NCBI GenBank assembly: GCA_964472415.1
Contig: CAYYLC010000004.1
Span: 33,110-97,109 of the forward strand
DNA: 64,000 bases
Reading direction: 5' to 3'
Source: an uncultured Gammaproteobacteria bacterium
Lineage (GTDB): Bacteria; Patescibacteriota; Microgenomatia; Levybacterales; GWA1-39-11
Position 1 is the stretch's first letter; each line of letters begins with the position of its first letter. A program made the position numbers and the translations under genes. Shown one piece after another: positions 10,189 through 20,773 of the stretch. The notes below the pieces were generated by a model that had not been told where the DNA came from, made no database searches, and was given only the letters and a program-made list of their open reading frames with translations.

Positions 10189-11191
10189 CTTTTCGTGACC
10201 GTTTCCAAACATACAAAAGCGCCAAAATGCTCCCAATAGAAAAAATAGTAAATGCAGGGGAGAGATACACATCTCGTATTGCGCTTACCCCTTCTGAGCT
10301 AATAAGTGAACTTGCAATATTGTTGAAATAAAATAACGTGAGCGGATGGAGTGCAAATAATACAAGAGAATACTTCCCAATTACTTCTAGTGCGTAATTC
10401 TTCTGAATTATCTTACTCATTGCAATAACTGCAAAAATCCCGCTCAAAGAAGCTCCATAAAACAATATATAATTATTCAAATTATTCATCCGCATATCAA
10501 TCTGCTTTCCATACAGCGCGAAGTGAACACTCCCGAGAATCACACAGAGCAGCAGTGATCCGATAAAAAATCGTACCCTTCTGCTATCTATCAGAGAGTC
10601 AAGAACTGCCGGAAACTTTGTAGTAATCACAGATCCAGCCCCAAAAAACACTACAGCAGAAAGCGCAGTCTCAACACCAAATGGAAGCATAAGATCTGGA
10701 AACATGAGTGATACCCCAAACCCCAAAACTGAAACCACAATAAGCGCAATAATAAGCAGAGAAGTTTTTCTCACATATCGCGTAAATGCGGCAAATCCTA
10801 CCTTCGTGATAAATAAACATGGCAAAAACCACAGCACGATATTAAAAAATATACTACTACTATTCCCATACAAAATTCCTGTCATGTGTTGAACTACTAG
10901 GGGAGGATTAAGATAAGTAATATTGTTATTTACGATCCACAGAACATATGTCAGAATTGCAAAACCGAAATAGGGCACCAAAATCGCTTTAATAGACTTT
11001 TGGATGACTCTCCCTACGTTGTCATTTTTTACATAGTTAAATACGAGTCCCGAAATAAAGAAAAAAAGCGGCATATGAAATGCATAAATAAGATGCCGAT
11101 AACTATCAGCGGATAGTGAATGTCCATGAATGACTAAAATAATCCCAATTCCACGCGCGATATCAATCCACGAAATTCTCTGGGACAACAT
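10166..11191 (-). CDS. Acyltransferase-3 family (NolL/OafA-like) membrane O-acyltransferase
   Basis: RISWIDIARGIGIILVIHGH, YAFHMPLFFFISG, LWFLPCLF. Confidence 0.9.
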   Translation of the reverse strand: MLSQRISWIDIARGIGIILVIHGHSLSADSYRHLIYAFHMPLFFFISGLVFNYVKNDNVGRVIQKSIKAILVPYFGFAILTYVLWIVNNNITYLNPPLVVQHMTGILYGNSSSIFFNIVLWFLPCLFITKVGFAAFTRYVRKTSLLIIALIVVSVLGFGVSLMFPDLMLPFGVETALSAVVFFGAGSVITTKFPAVLDSLIDSRRVRFFIGSLLLCVILGSVHFALYGKQIDMRMNNLNNYILFYGASLSGIFAVIAMSKIIQKNYALEVIGKYSLVLFALHPLTLFYFNNIASSLISSEGVSAIRDVYLSPAFTIFSIGSILALLYVWKRSRKAIAPVRV

Positions 11192-11470
11192 TTTTGCAGT
11201 ATCACAAATTTAATAGATTTTGTCAAAATAAGAATATGATAATTAAAAAAACTAAAAAAAATATAATAAAAATAAAAAAGTATGCGATTCCTCTTACCTT
11301 ATTAAATCATTATTATGTAACGATATTGAGGATATCTTATAAACGATAGTTATCCACACTATTTAAAAAATCTGTGAAAATTAACTCCGTGAAAAGTCGT
11401 ATACAATCAGCGAGAATCCATCATAACCCTACCCTTGATGAAGGTGAGTTTTCATATTATAATACTTCTT

Positions 11471-12151
11471 ATGAGCATCGAGAATTTTTACAATAACTAT
11501 CCCCCTCATGAGGACCTATATAGTCAAGTAGCAAACGAGCAGGAACGAAAGCGCAATTTTGAATCCCCTACTAAATTTCTTGCAGAAAGAATGACCCATT
11601 ATGCTTCTGAAGAAGTACGGAGAATTAATGATGAACTCATCCAAAAATTCGGCATGCCCACATCAAGAGAAAACGCACAGTCTTTTCGGCGAAAATTAAC
11701 CCATGAGGCCTCACGCGAAATGAACACCATTGCTATCGGGAACTCCATAATGAGTCTTGAAGAAACTTTGCAAGATAAACAATTCGACCTCAATACGCTC
11801 GTAGCACGCATGAATAACTCAGTCGAAGGAACACTCCTAGAAAAAACCCAACTCGATAACGAAATTAATCCAATTGAAATTCTCGATACGCAAACTTACA
11901 AACAGATGGAAACAACTGCAAATAATGATCAAACATATACTGCGTTCTTTAAAAAACAGGGCTCCTATATGCCAAAACTCATGCGAGGATACCTGAATCA
12001 TATCAAGGTTTTCAAAAGTCCTGATTTAGATGGAATATTATATTATTGGGAAAATCGCGCACAATATTTGCATAAAAAAATCGACAGCACCCCAACACTC
12101 AATGACCTTGCAATGAGTGAGATTGATGAAATACTTAAAAAATTCTCTTAG
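11471..12151 (+). CDS. Hypothetical protein (paralog of 9436..10188)
   Basis: ATG at 11471 just after a TATAAT; colinear similarity to the 9436 ORF. Confidence 0.75.
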   Translation: MSIENFYNNYPPHEDLYSQVANEQERKRNFESPTKFLAERMTHYASEEVRRINDELIQKFGMPTSRENAQSFRRKLTHEASREMNTIAIGNSIMSLEETLQDKQFDLNTLVARMNNSVEGTLLEKTQLDNEINPIEILDTQTYKQMETTANNDQTYTAFFKKQGSYMPKLMRGYLNHIKVFKSPDLDGILYYWENRAQYLHKKIDSTPTLNDLAMSEIDEILKKFS

Positions 12152-12193
12152 AATTTTTCGCTATAGAGAAAGGAGTCGAGCTAATTTTATATG

Positions 12194-12264
12194 CAGGGGC
12201 AGAAGGAATCGAACCCTCAATAGAGGTTTTGGAGACCTCCGTTATACCGTTTAACTATACCCCT
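12194..12264 (-). tRNA. tRNA-Trp (CCA)
   Basis: Reverse complement folds as a cloverleaf; anticodon loop CTCCAAA; GGTTCGATTCC T-arm. Confidence 0.95.
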
Positions 12265-12315
12265 ATAGAGCTCCCATTATATGCTATAATTGGGCTCAAG
12301 TAAACCATAATCTCA

Positions 12316-12849
12316 ATGAAGGAATCGTACGTCTCCCACAACTTTAACCATCCCGAAAACGTGCCATTTAAAATGCTTACTCCCAGAGAGCAAGACGTTC
12401 TGCAATATGTAGCAGATGGATTTACCCATGAAGAACAGGCAGACGCATTAGGGATTTCTGAAAAAACTGTCGAGCATCATATTAGGGGAGTTGCAAAAAT
12501 CGGGATGGATAAAACGAGCGATCCCCAAATCTCATCTTCAGTAGTTTTGACTGCTCTTATTTATGATGGAATAATGAACAACTACATTAACCATGAATTA
12601 GATACTGAACTACAAACCCCCTTAACACTCACTGCGCGTCAAGATGAATACATGAAAGGGCTCCTTCAGGGAAAAAGAGTAAAAGGAATTGCAGACTCCC
12701 TACAAATTAGCACAAAAACTGTTGAGATACACAGTAGGAATGTTAGTAAAAGACTTGGCGCAAAATCCTTTTATCACAAAATCGCACGGTATGCATATCT
12801 TCAAAAACATGGACTTATTCAGGTCAAAAATCGAAAAGAAAACGCATAA
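12316..12849 (+). CDS. Transcriptional regulator with two tandem LuxR-type HTH domains
   Basis: LTPREQDVLQYVADG...LGISEKTVEHH and LTARQDEY...LQISTKTVEIHSRNVSKRLG. Confidence 0.85.
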   Translation: MKESYVSHNFNHPENVPFKMLTPREQDVLQYVADGFTHEEQADALGISEKTVEHHIRGVAKIGMDKTSDPQISSSVVLTALIYDGIMNNYINHELDTELQTPLTLTARQDEYMKGLLQGKRVKGIADSLQISTKTVEIHSRNVSKRLGAKSFYHKIARYAYLQKHGLIQVKNRKENA

Positions 12850-12891
12850 TCACTCTCTTTGCCTCTATTTTAGATTCTGCTATGATAAATA

Positions 12892-13560
12892 GTGGACAAT
12901 TTTCTGAAACGATTCACGCAAAAACAAATCACTATTGATAAAAACTGGAAATGGTACCTAGCTGCTTCTATTTTTCTCTTTATGCTCTTCACTCTCTTCA
13001 CGTATCTTGTAAATAAAAATGTTTTTATTCCATTTGATTTCGATATCACGGTAAAGCTTCAAGACAGGATCCCGATACGACTAGATGGATTTTTCTCAGC
13101 ATTATCTGTTCTCGGACGGTTCGAATACACTATTGCAGCTCTCGTAGGAATCCTTATCTGGAGACGGCGAATTTTTGGAATTATCCCATTTCTTCTCTTT
13201 GCCCTCGCACATATTATAGAAATTATTTTTAAAACTATGATAGAGCACGCTGGCCCACCGCGAATGTTCCTGCGATCTCAATTCAGCGACTTCCCAGGGC
13301 TCCACGTATTTACCGAAGGATCCTACCCATCCGGGCATTCATTACGTGCAGTATTTCTCTCTATCATCATTACGTTTCTGGTGTTTAAGGTCCAGAAACT
13401 TCCCAGGATTTTTAAGGTGTTAATTTTTCTGGGAACGTGTGTGCTTTTATTTATTGTACTATTATCCCGTGTATCACTCGGTGAACACTGGACTACAGAT
13501 GTAATTGGCGGAAGCTTATTAGGAGCATCGTTCGCATTTTTTGCGCTGATATTTATCTAG
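12892..13560 (+). CDS. PAP2 family membrane phosphatase
   Basis: YPSGHS and SRVSLGEHWTTDVIGG motifs. Confidence 0.9.
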   Translation: MDNFLKRFTQKQITIDKNWKWYLAASIFLFMLFTLFTYLVNKNVFIPFDFDITVKLQDRIPIRLDGFFSALSVLGRFEYTIAALVGILIWRRRIFGIIPFLLFALAHIIEIIFKTMIEHAGPPRMFLRSQFSDFPGLHVFTEGSYPSGHSLRAVFLSIIITFLVFKVQKLPRIFKVLIFLGTCVLLFIVLLSRVSLGEHWTTDVIGGSLLGASFAFFALIFI

Positions 13561-13567
13561 GAGGATT

Positions 13568-13741
13568 TTACTTGAGCTTTTCTACTTCTTTGTGCTCAGT
13601 TTTTTTCTTGCAATTTGGACAGTATTTTACCAACGCCAATTTTTCAGGTGTATTTATCTTGTTTCTGCTCGTTATATAATTTCGTCTTTTACAGGTCTTA
13701 CAATCAAGCCCAATTTTAATCCGCGTACCTTTCTTTGCCAT
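13568..13741 (-). CDS. rpmG: 50S ribosomal protein L33 (Zn-ribbon form), 57 aa, absent from the ORF track
   Basis: Manual translation MAKKGTRIKIGLDCKTCKRRNYITSRNKINTPEKLALVKYCPNCKKKTEHKEVEKLK; lies between tRNA-Thr and tRNA-Trp. Confidence 0.95.
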   Translation of the reverse strand: MAKKGTRIKIGLDCKTCKRRNYITSRNKINTPEKLALVKYCPNCKKKTEHKEVEKLK

Positions 13742-13948
13742 GGAAGCAATTATAAATTAAAAATAGACAATTAGCAAGGTTATTTGAGGGTGTTCTCCAA
13801 CTTCCTTTTTCTGTATATTTCCAATCTCAAAATTAACCCTCTATCAGGAATAAAAAAAACTCCTTACCCACAACCTCTCCAAAAAAATATTACTTTTGAA
13901 AAGCAATCTCGAACCCATAAAATCTCTCAGATTTTGGGTAGAAACCTG

Positions 13949-14020
13949 AGCCGACAGTGGGAATCGAACCCACGACCTTGTTCTTACCAAGAACACGCTC
14001 TACCACTGAGCCATGTCGGC
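13949..14020 (-). tRNA. tRNA-Thr (GGT)
   Basis: Cloverleaf GCCGACA...TGTCGGC; anticodon loop TTGGTAA. Confidence 0.95.
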
Positions 14021-14137
14021 TAGAGTAAGCTATTTTAGCAAGAAGAAAATTGAAAAACCACCCTCACCCATTGATCTATTACTAGAATACATTTTTTTTC
14101 AATTCATTGAGCTTGAAAATTAACTCCTGTTTATGCT

Positions 14138-17100
14138 ATGCTTGAACTCGTGAGCAGAATTTATCGTTATAAAAAGAAATTATTTTTCGTGCTCCTTACG
14201 ACACTTCTAATAAATACACTTGCTCCTCTTATGCTCCCTCTTTCTATTAAGGCTGCTTCAAATCCAACCTCTCGTATTGGGTGGGTTTCTGATGAAATAT
14301 CAACTGATGCACCCAATAATCGTAGAATGGTTCGCACATCCGATGGGACATTGCATCTTTTTGGAGCCACGCTCACAGGAGCCATGAATGTGTGTGATGG
14401 CATTCTAACTGCTGGACCATCTTGGTTTATGTCTACTGATAACGGAAATACATGGACCTGTCAGGACATAATTGACACGAATAATAGCCGATATTATTAT
14501 GCTGCCGCTGTAACAGATAATAATGACAATATCTATCTTATCTATTCAGGAGAAAATATTGCCTATAGGAAATTTACAAAAGGATCTGGATCTACATGGG
14601 AAATGGAAAATGCACAAGTCATCGTAGAAGGAAATGGCTCTAATACACATTCTTACGCCGTTGTAGAAATCGAAGATGAAACTCGATTATGGTTTGCGTA
14701 TCGACACTTTGGAGAGAATAAATCTGTACGAGCATATTATTCAGACAATCTCAGTTCTTCACCAACATGGAATCTGAGTGCTGAGCTTGACACGCCAGAC
14801 GCAAGTAGTCTCACGCACCGCCCAGCAATCGTGCGCTATGGGCCCCATATCGGAGTTTTGTATACTGCATATGACGGTCAAAATAGCATTCAGTGGAGAC
14901 ATCGATCCGATGGTGATGATCTTAATTCTTGGAGTCCTGCCGAAACTATTACAACCACTACTTCTACAAGCTCTTCATTTGCCGTAACAGTAGATAATAA
15001 CGAACACATCCATCTCGTTTATGGCGCTGCTGGAACAAGCAACAATACGATTGTGACATACCGAAACTTTGATGGCTCTACATGGTCATCACCTCTCACG
15101 ATAAGTGGGGCCGGCCATGCAGGGGGACACTCCCCAAGCATCACCACAGATGGCACTAATATATGGATATTCTATCAAGGAAGACACAGAGCAGGTGTTG
15201 GTATTTCAACAGTAATTGGGAGGGTCGTATATAGAAAAGGAACCCCACCCTTTGAGTCGGCAGACTTCGAAAACGAAGTTGTACTCAATACCTCAGATCG
15301 CGCTTATAATAAAGTTTTTACTCATGCCAATGGTATATATACTGATGTGTCCGCTCTATCTAATGGCCCCGGAGGCGTACCCCTGGTAAGCGAAATAGAT
15401 GATGCCGTGTATTTCGGACTTACAGAAAAATATCGGTCTATCTCTGGTATCGTTAACTCGAGAGGTACTGAAGGAACTCTCACTTACGAATACTGGGACG
15501 GATCTGAATGGACTACCTTAACTACATTCAGCACATATAATCCAAACTTTGCTAATTTTGCACTAGATTATGAGATAAATTTTGCACCACCAACTGACTG
15601 GGCAGAAACAGAGCTCGACAACACAAATGCACCAGGAACATACTACTATACTCGTGCCAGAGTCACTACACCATACGCCACAACCCCAAATGCCGATGAC
15701 TTCTGGGCATACCCACGGACCGGACCCATCCAACTTCTCAAAAAATCTATCGGTGGCATTCTTCCCATCGCGTGGTATGAAACATCTCCGTTTACAGTAG
15801 GCGCTGGGCTCATCCAATTCAACTCATTTTCTATTAACAATAGTCCCCTTACCCCCTCCTCTTTAGAAGGTCAAATAAATGGAGATTACACGAATGACAA
15901 CTCGCCTACCTTCACCTTTACGCTCTCAGATCCTGATGAATCTGATACTGTTGGATATCGCATTCAAGTTGATGATTCATCCGACTTCTCTTCGCCCATT
16001 ACTGACTACACTTCAGCGTTAGAAAATCAAGGCGTGAACTCATTTACAGTGGGACAAATTGCCGGATCGGGAAATTATTCTACTGGATCTCAAGGCCAAA
16101 AACTTTCTGATGGAAGCTACTATTGGCGTGTTAAAACAATCGACAGCTCTTCTTCCGAATCAAGTTACACAACGGCAAATTCTGGCAATGTAGCTTTTAT
16201 CATTGATACAACTACCCCATCAATTCCCGGCACTCCCACTACCGCATCTCCAACAAATAACACGGCCCCAAAATGGACGTGGAATGCATCTACAGATACA
16301 GGGTCAGATCTTTCTGATATGCCGTATATACTTCAGTGGTCACAAGATCCTACATTTATAACTGATGTAAAGTCCGCTACGATAGAAGAAAACTCCTACA
16401 CCCACACAACTCCTCTACCTGGAGGAACTTGGAACTTAAGAGTAAAGGCAATTGATGCCGCAGGCAACGAATCTGCTTATTCTATGCATGGAACTGTGAT
16501 TATTAGCACCAGTGCACCAACTGGCTCTATTACAATAAATCTCGATGCTGTATATACAAATGATACATCTGCTACATTATCAATATTTGCATCAGACGAA
16601 TTTGATGATGATGCCGATCTCTCTATGATTTTATCTGAAAATAGTGATTTTAGTGGCGCAAATTATGAAGCATATACACCAAGCAAGATCTGGACGTTCT
16701 CGGATCTCTTAGATGGAATAAAAACAATCTATATTAAGTTCAGAAACTCACTGAATAATGAGTCACCCGTATATTCTGACTCTATTACGCTTGATCAGAC
16801 AGAACCTAATGCATTTAGCCTAGAAAACCCGCGAGATAATACGTATACTAATAATGAAAGGCCTACATTTCGCTGGAAAGTTGCCGACACGGAAGACAAA
16901 GCATCAAAACTCTCCAAATATAAGCTAAGAATTGATAACGGAGATAGCGGAGATTTCAGTATTGATAATATCCCCGTCTCTCGTACGACTGATCTTGAAA
17001 CTGACTCATACATTATTCGCTATGAGAACTTCTCCGATTCCGATACCTCTAATAACTATATCTCTGTTCATACCAAATCTTCTTCAAGCTGGAGTTCAGG

Positions 17101-17839
17101 AAAAAATAACGGGAAGCTAAAAGAAGGAAGAATAAACTGGTCAGTAAGCGCTATAGATAATGCAGGGAATATAAGGACTGAAACACATACAATATTTCTC
17201 GACCGAAAAGGGCCAGAAATCACACTTACACAGGTTGATAATTCACTTCAATCTCCCCCGCTCAGAACCACCTCAATAAGTCCTAGGATTTTTGGGACTA
17301 TTACTGACTCGCTGACCGGAGATATTGAAGAAAAAATGGTTGTATCCGGACCTTCACATGTTGAAGTAATCATCGAAAAAGAAAATGCTTCTGGCATCTA
17401 TATCCCCCATAGCACCCGAACCCTTATCATCAATGAAAATTATTGGGAGAATACACACGATAAAGCATCACGGGGTGAAAATTCTTCTGCAAAATGGTCT
17501 CCATTCTCTTTAGAGTTTCCTGAGCCGCTCGCAGCAGGAACCTACCGACTACAGCTTACCGGGAGAGATTTTGCAGGTAATACCGGACCCTATACAACAG
17601 CAACGCTCCTCGTTGCAAATACTTTCAATGAGACTACTACTCATACAAATCGTCATGAAAACGCAGAAATAACTCCAGTAAAATCTCTGATCTCACCGAC
17701 CCCCTCCCCAGCACAATCTTCAACACAACCGGGCCTTGCATTAGACAGAAAGCATGAAGAATCTTTTTCTCTTATCACGCAAGTCTTTAATGTATTCCGC
17801 TCAATTTGGGAAAGTATTCAAAATCTATTCTCCAGATAA
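14138..17839 (+). CDS. Large secreted/surface protein: BNR/sialidase-like propeller followed by Ig/FN3-like repeats
   Basis: Signal peptide; STDNGNTW Asp-box; DGSYYWRVK, AIDAAGNES, DNAGN Ig-like motifs; amphipathic C-terminus. Confidence 0.8.
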   Translation: MLELVSRIYRYKKKLFFVLLTTLLINTLAPLMLPLSIKAASNPTSRIGWVSDEISTDAPNNRRMVRTSDGTLHLFGATLTGAMNVCDGILTAGPSWFMSTDNGNTWTCQDIIDTNNSRYYYAAAVTDNNDNIYLIYSGENIAYRKFTKGSGSTWEMENAQVIVEGNGSNTHSYAVVEIEDETRLWFAYRHFGENKSVRAYYSDNLSSSPTWNLSAELDTPDASSLTHRPAIVRYGPHIGVLYTAYDGQNSIQWRHRSDGDDLNSWSPAETITTTTSTSSSFAVTVDNNEHIHLVYGAAGTSNNTIVTYRNFDGSTWSSPLTISGAGHAGGHSPSITTDGTNIWIFYQGRHRAGVGISTVIGRVVYRKGTPPFESADFENEVVLNTSDRAYNKVFTHANGIYTDVSALSNGPGGVPLVSEIDDAVYFGLTEKYRSISGIVNSRGTEGTLTYEYWDGSEWTTLTTFSTYNPNFANFALDYEINFAPPTDWAETELDNTNAPGTYYYTRARVTTPYATTPNADDFWAYPRTGPIQLLKKSIGGILPIAWYETSPFTVGAGLIQFNSFSINNSPLTPSSLEGQINGDYTNDNSPTFTFTLSDPDESDTVGYRIQVDDSSDFSSPITDYTSALENQGVNSFTVGQIAGSGNYSTGSQGQKLSDGSYYWRVKTIDSSSSESSYTTANSGNVAFIIDTTTPSIPGTPTTASPTNNTAPKWTWNASTDTGSDLSDMPYILQWSQDPTFITDVKSATIEENSYTHTTPLPGGTWNLRVKAIDAAGNESAYSMHGTVIISTSAPTGSITINLDAVYTNDTSATLSIFASDEFDDDADLSMILSENSDFSGANYEAYTPSKIWTFSDLLDGIKTIYIKFRNSLNNESPVYSDSITLDQTEPNAFSLENPRDNTYTNNERPTFRWKVADTEDKASKLSKYKLRIDNGDSGDFSIDNIPVSRTTDLETDSYIIRYENFSDSDTSNNYISVHTKSSSSWSSGKNNGKLKEGRINWSVSAIDNAGNIRTETHTIFLDRKGPEITLTQVDNSLQSPPLRTTSISPRIFGTITDSLTGDIEEKMVVSGPSHVEVIIEKENASGIYIPHSTRTLIINENYWENTHDKASRGENSSAKWSPFSLEFPEPLAAGTYRLQLTGRDFAGNTGPYTTATLLVANTFNETTTHTNRHENAEITPVKSLISPTPSPAQSSTQPGLALDRKHEESFSLITQVFNVFRSIWESIQNLFSR

Positions 17840-17849
17840 GAAACGAGAT

Positions 17850-18419
17850 CTACGAGGAGCTCTTCGCAAGATAAGTATTATAAAAATCCTGTATCTTTGC
17901 CTTATATTCTTTCAAGCTGGAATTATTTTCAATAATAACGTCTGCGCTCATACCAAAATCTGAAATGTGTGTTTCTGTAGGCTCATCATCCTCAGCTAAA
18001 AACCTTTCAAATGATATATTCTTTTCTCCAATTTTTTCTGAGCGTTTTTTAATCCGCTCATACCGGATTTTCTGATCTGCCACTATATATACTAGGTAAT
18101 TTTTCTTAAAGCTCCTCACAAATTCTACATCACTTTCCCATCGAACGCCTCCTAAAATCACTATATCCGCCTCTTTGCTCTCTATCCGCCTCTTTACTGC
18201 ATGAGTCAATACTCCTTCACCAAATTGCCTGCTCATTGTTATCGCTAAATATTGTAAATTATGGCGTGTTTGAGGTAGGTTCCATAAATCCAATGTCTCT
18301 TTCAATAAATCAGAAAAGCGCATTACGAGTATCTTTTTATCACCTGCAATTTCTGGCAAGTACTCAGAGAACAAATCTTTTCCACTTCCAATCCTACCTA
18401 AAATTCCTATTAGTATCAT
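17850..18419 (-). CDS. P-loop nucleotide/dephospho-CoA kinase-like protein
   Basis: GRIGSGKD Walker A, GVRWESDV, ADVIIENNSS. Confidence 0.75.
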   Translation of the reverse strand: MILIGILGRIGSGKDLFSEYLPEIAGDKKILVMRFSDLLKETLDLWNLPQTRHNLQYLAITMSRQFGEGVLTHAVKRRIESKEADIVILGGVRWESDVEFVRSFKKNYLVYIVADQKIRYERIKKRSEKIGEKNISFERFLAEDDEPTETHISDFGMSADVIIENNSSLKEYKAKIQDFYNTYLAKSSS

Positions 18420-18483
18420 GTGCTCATTGTAGGATATTTCAAACCTTGAAGCAAAACCATATCTCCTGTAAAATAGAAGCCTT

Positions 18484-18568
18484 GCTGCGATGGCGGAGCG
18501 GTCAATCGCAACAGACTGTAAATCTGTCGCCCGTTTGGGCTACGTAGGTTCAAATCCTACTCGCAGCA
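18484..18568 (+). tRNA. tRNA-Tyr (GTA)
   Basis: Cloverleaf with long variable arm; anticodon loop CTGTAAA; GGTTCAAATCC. Confidence 0.95.
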
Positions 18569-18946
18569 CATCTCACCTCGCCAAAATACTACAGATTGCA
18601 AATCTCCATCCTTACTATACCTTCTAAAAAACATCACTCAATAATATAGTGACCTATAATAGAATGCCAAGCGTGAAAGAGAATTATCACCCTATTAACT
18701 ACAGGATACTAATAACTCGTGGATAAGTTTTATTATAAGATGGATATTAAATTATAGGCTATAGATAGCTTCTTAAACCTGATTTGACTCATTCTTACAC
18801 CCTTAAACTTGGATATCATCGTGTTTAAAATATCTTGTCATTTCTTGCGCTCTCAACAGAATGCGAAGGCATAATCCCCACTAACTCCTCAGAATTTCCT
18901 AAAAATGTGCAATACATTCTCCTTAGCCATTATGAATCTTATAGTG

Positions 18947-19040
18947 TTGACTTTATATGATAATCTCGGTACAATCGCACCATCAGTTCCTTCAAAAAAT
19001 ATTCTTTTTGCATAAATATTTTTTGAAACGCTCTTTAATA
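18947..19040 (+). promoter_or_regulatory. Sigma70 promoter, AT-rich hairpin and boxA-like element
   Basis: TTGACT-17-TACAAT; TTCAAAAAATATT/AATATTTTTTGAA stem; CGCTCTTTAATA at 19029-19040. Confidence 0.55.
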
Positions 19041-19122
19041 ATCGTATCGCACCAACTCAGATAGAAGACGAGAATCTCTCGGCTCAATCTACCAAAGAGA
19101 GACACCAGGACAAGAGGAAACT

Positions 19123-19410
19123 ATGATTGAAGCTACTCTTTTCATCGCAGCATGCATCTTTGGGTTTATCGGATCTATCATGGTCATTATTTGGCTTATT
19201 TCCTTGCTCATTCTTAATAGATTCGCATTCCCCAATTTTGCTATTTGTGCATTTTCGCTGTTAGGCATGGGGTTCATTCTGTATGGCAGCGTGTTATTCT
19301 CCGAAGGAATTCCCTGGGGCATCCAGTACATTTTCATGGGTGGTCTATTTATTCCCTTCTGCATCTACTGTAATTACCGGACTACTATAGAAGGAGAAGA
19401 TAAGGTCTAA
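19123..19410 (+). CDS. Small hypothetical membrane protein (3 TM)
   Basis: GAGGA SD before the ATG; hydrophobic 95 aa. Confidence 0.6.
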   Translation: MIEATLFIAACIFGFIGSIMVIIWLISLLILNRFAFPNFAICAFSLLGMGFILYGSVLFSEGIPWGIQYIFMGGLFIPFCIYCNYRTTIEGEDKV

Positions 19411-19475
19411 AATCACTATCACTCTCCACCAATACACATTCTCAAAGCTCTTAATTCAGGCTCAAGGAGGCCATA

Positions 19476-19796
19476 ATGCAGAACCGAATCTCTCTCCAAA
19501 CATTTACGACGCTTGTCATCATGGCAAACAAAAAGGAGAAAAACGTCAAATTTATCAAGCAGCATGATGCAAAAGAACTCTCATATCCATCGAGAAGACA
19601 TAAAAATCATGCACTTATCGTTGCGTTTCAAAGCCATTGTTTCTGGAAAAAAGAAACAGAAGTTGACGGAATTAAGTACCTACTGAGCACACTCAAAGCA
19701 AAATACAGTACTAAATTTCCAAGGCCAGAACCACCTATTGTCATCCGTTGTCCAATTACGATATTGGAGGAGCTCAACACTTCATCTCCAAAATAG
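19476..19796 (+). CDS. Hypothetical basic protein
   Basis: AAGGAGG SD 5 nt before the ATG; followed by a terminator. Confidence 0.6.
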   Translation: MQNRISLQTFTTLVIMANKKEKNVKFIKQHDAKELSYPSRRHKNHALIVAFQSHCFWKKETEVDGIKYLLSTLKAKYSTKFPRPEPPIVIRCPITILEELNTSSPK

Positions 19797-19812
19797 GCGA
19801 TACGATTAACCG

Positions 19813-19844
19813 AAAGGGTGGTAGATGTATCTACCACCCTTTTT
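19813..19844 (+). terminator. Rho-independent terminator
   Basis: AAAGGGTGGTAGAT-GT-ATCTACCACCCTTT perfect stem followed by a T tract. Confidence 0.75.
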
Positions 19845-20049
19845 CCCACCCAATACTGCAAATATCTCATTTTCATATTTTGTCTCATAGTCTTGAAGAT
19901 TGTTTCTATATTTGATAGAATCGAGTCCAGACTTAAGTTATAGGAGGTATCATAGCTCACAAAGCTATAGCGCAAACCAACTATTAAGACTAGGTCGTTC
20001 TTTTACAACCTGGTTCAGGTCACATAATTCAAATCTACTGGGGGAAAAC

Positions 20050-20598
20050 GTGAACAAGAAAACAGAGGCTGAAACACTCGTAGAACTGCAAAAAATCTCA
20101 GCTGGAGAAAATGTTACAAGTGACTTCCGATTCTTCACATCCACTTCTAAAGATCTCTCTGAAAACAAAAGAATCCAATTCAAAGAGATAATCCAAATGC
20201 TTGCCATGGAGCAGGAACAAATGGATATAGATAAGGAAACAGAGGCTGAGACACTCGTTGTAGAACTGCAAGAAATCCCCATTTCGGAGAAGATCGCAGT
20301 CGACCTTAAGTTCTTTGTACCGATTGATTCGGATCTTTCCGAAAACGGAAGAATCCAGATAAAGGAGATGATCCGAATATTTGCGACAGAGCATATGGAA
20401 AAGATCTCACTAGATCAAAAGCCGTATTTTGTAGACTGGGATGAGAGGGGGGAAGACGAGGGATTCGTCCAAGCAGAAAGCATAAGTGCTTTGCTGAAAA
20501 AATACAACCTCACGAAGTACAATGTTACTGTGAAAATCCTTATTCGCAAGCTGGATTCCGCAGCCTTTCCAGTACTTACTGGTGAAGAGAATGGATAA
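20050..20598 (+). CDS. Hypothetical acidic protein with internal tandem duplication
   Basis: GGGGGA SD before the GTG; two ~60-aa units starting KKTEAETLVELQKI / KETEAETLVVELQEI. Confidence 0.65.
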   Translation: MNKKTEAETLVELQKISAGENVTSDFRFFTSTSKDLSENKRIQFKEIIQMLAMEQEQMDIDKETEAETLVVELQEIPISEKIAVDLKFFVPIDSDLSENGRIQIKEMIRIFATEHMEKISLDQKPYFVDWDERGEDEGFVQAESISALLKKYNLTKYNVTVKILIRKLDSAAFPVLTGEENG

Positions 20599-20773
20599 AC
20601 TTAATGATCCCAAAAAAGGGGGCCTTATATTCCTTGGATTCTTAGGGTTCTTTTTTGGGCAATCATTCCTTCTCACTGGATTACCTGATATAGACATGTT
20701 GATCATTCTAAGCGTAATCATTACGCTCGTAGGGATAGCATTCATAGGCTGCGCATCCCTACTCAAGGAGTAA
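20591..20773 (+). CDS. Small 2-TM membrane protein
   Basis: Overlaps the previous stop; two hydrophobic segments. Confidence 0.55.
   Translation: MDKLNDPKKGGLIFLGFLGFFFGQSFLLTGLPDIDMLIILSVIITLVGIAFIGCASLLKE

Noticed and set aside
11290-11400. oriC or dif site (TTATCCACA at 11350; TTATGTAAC at ~11313)
   Set aside because: Only one perfect DnaA box, poor XerC arm, no dnaA nearby, and no evident switch in the C-rich + strand bias
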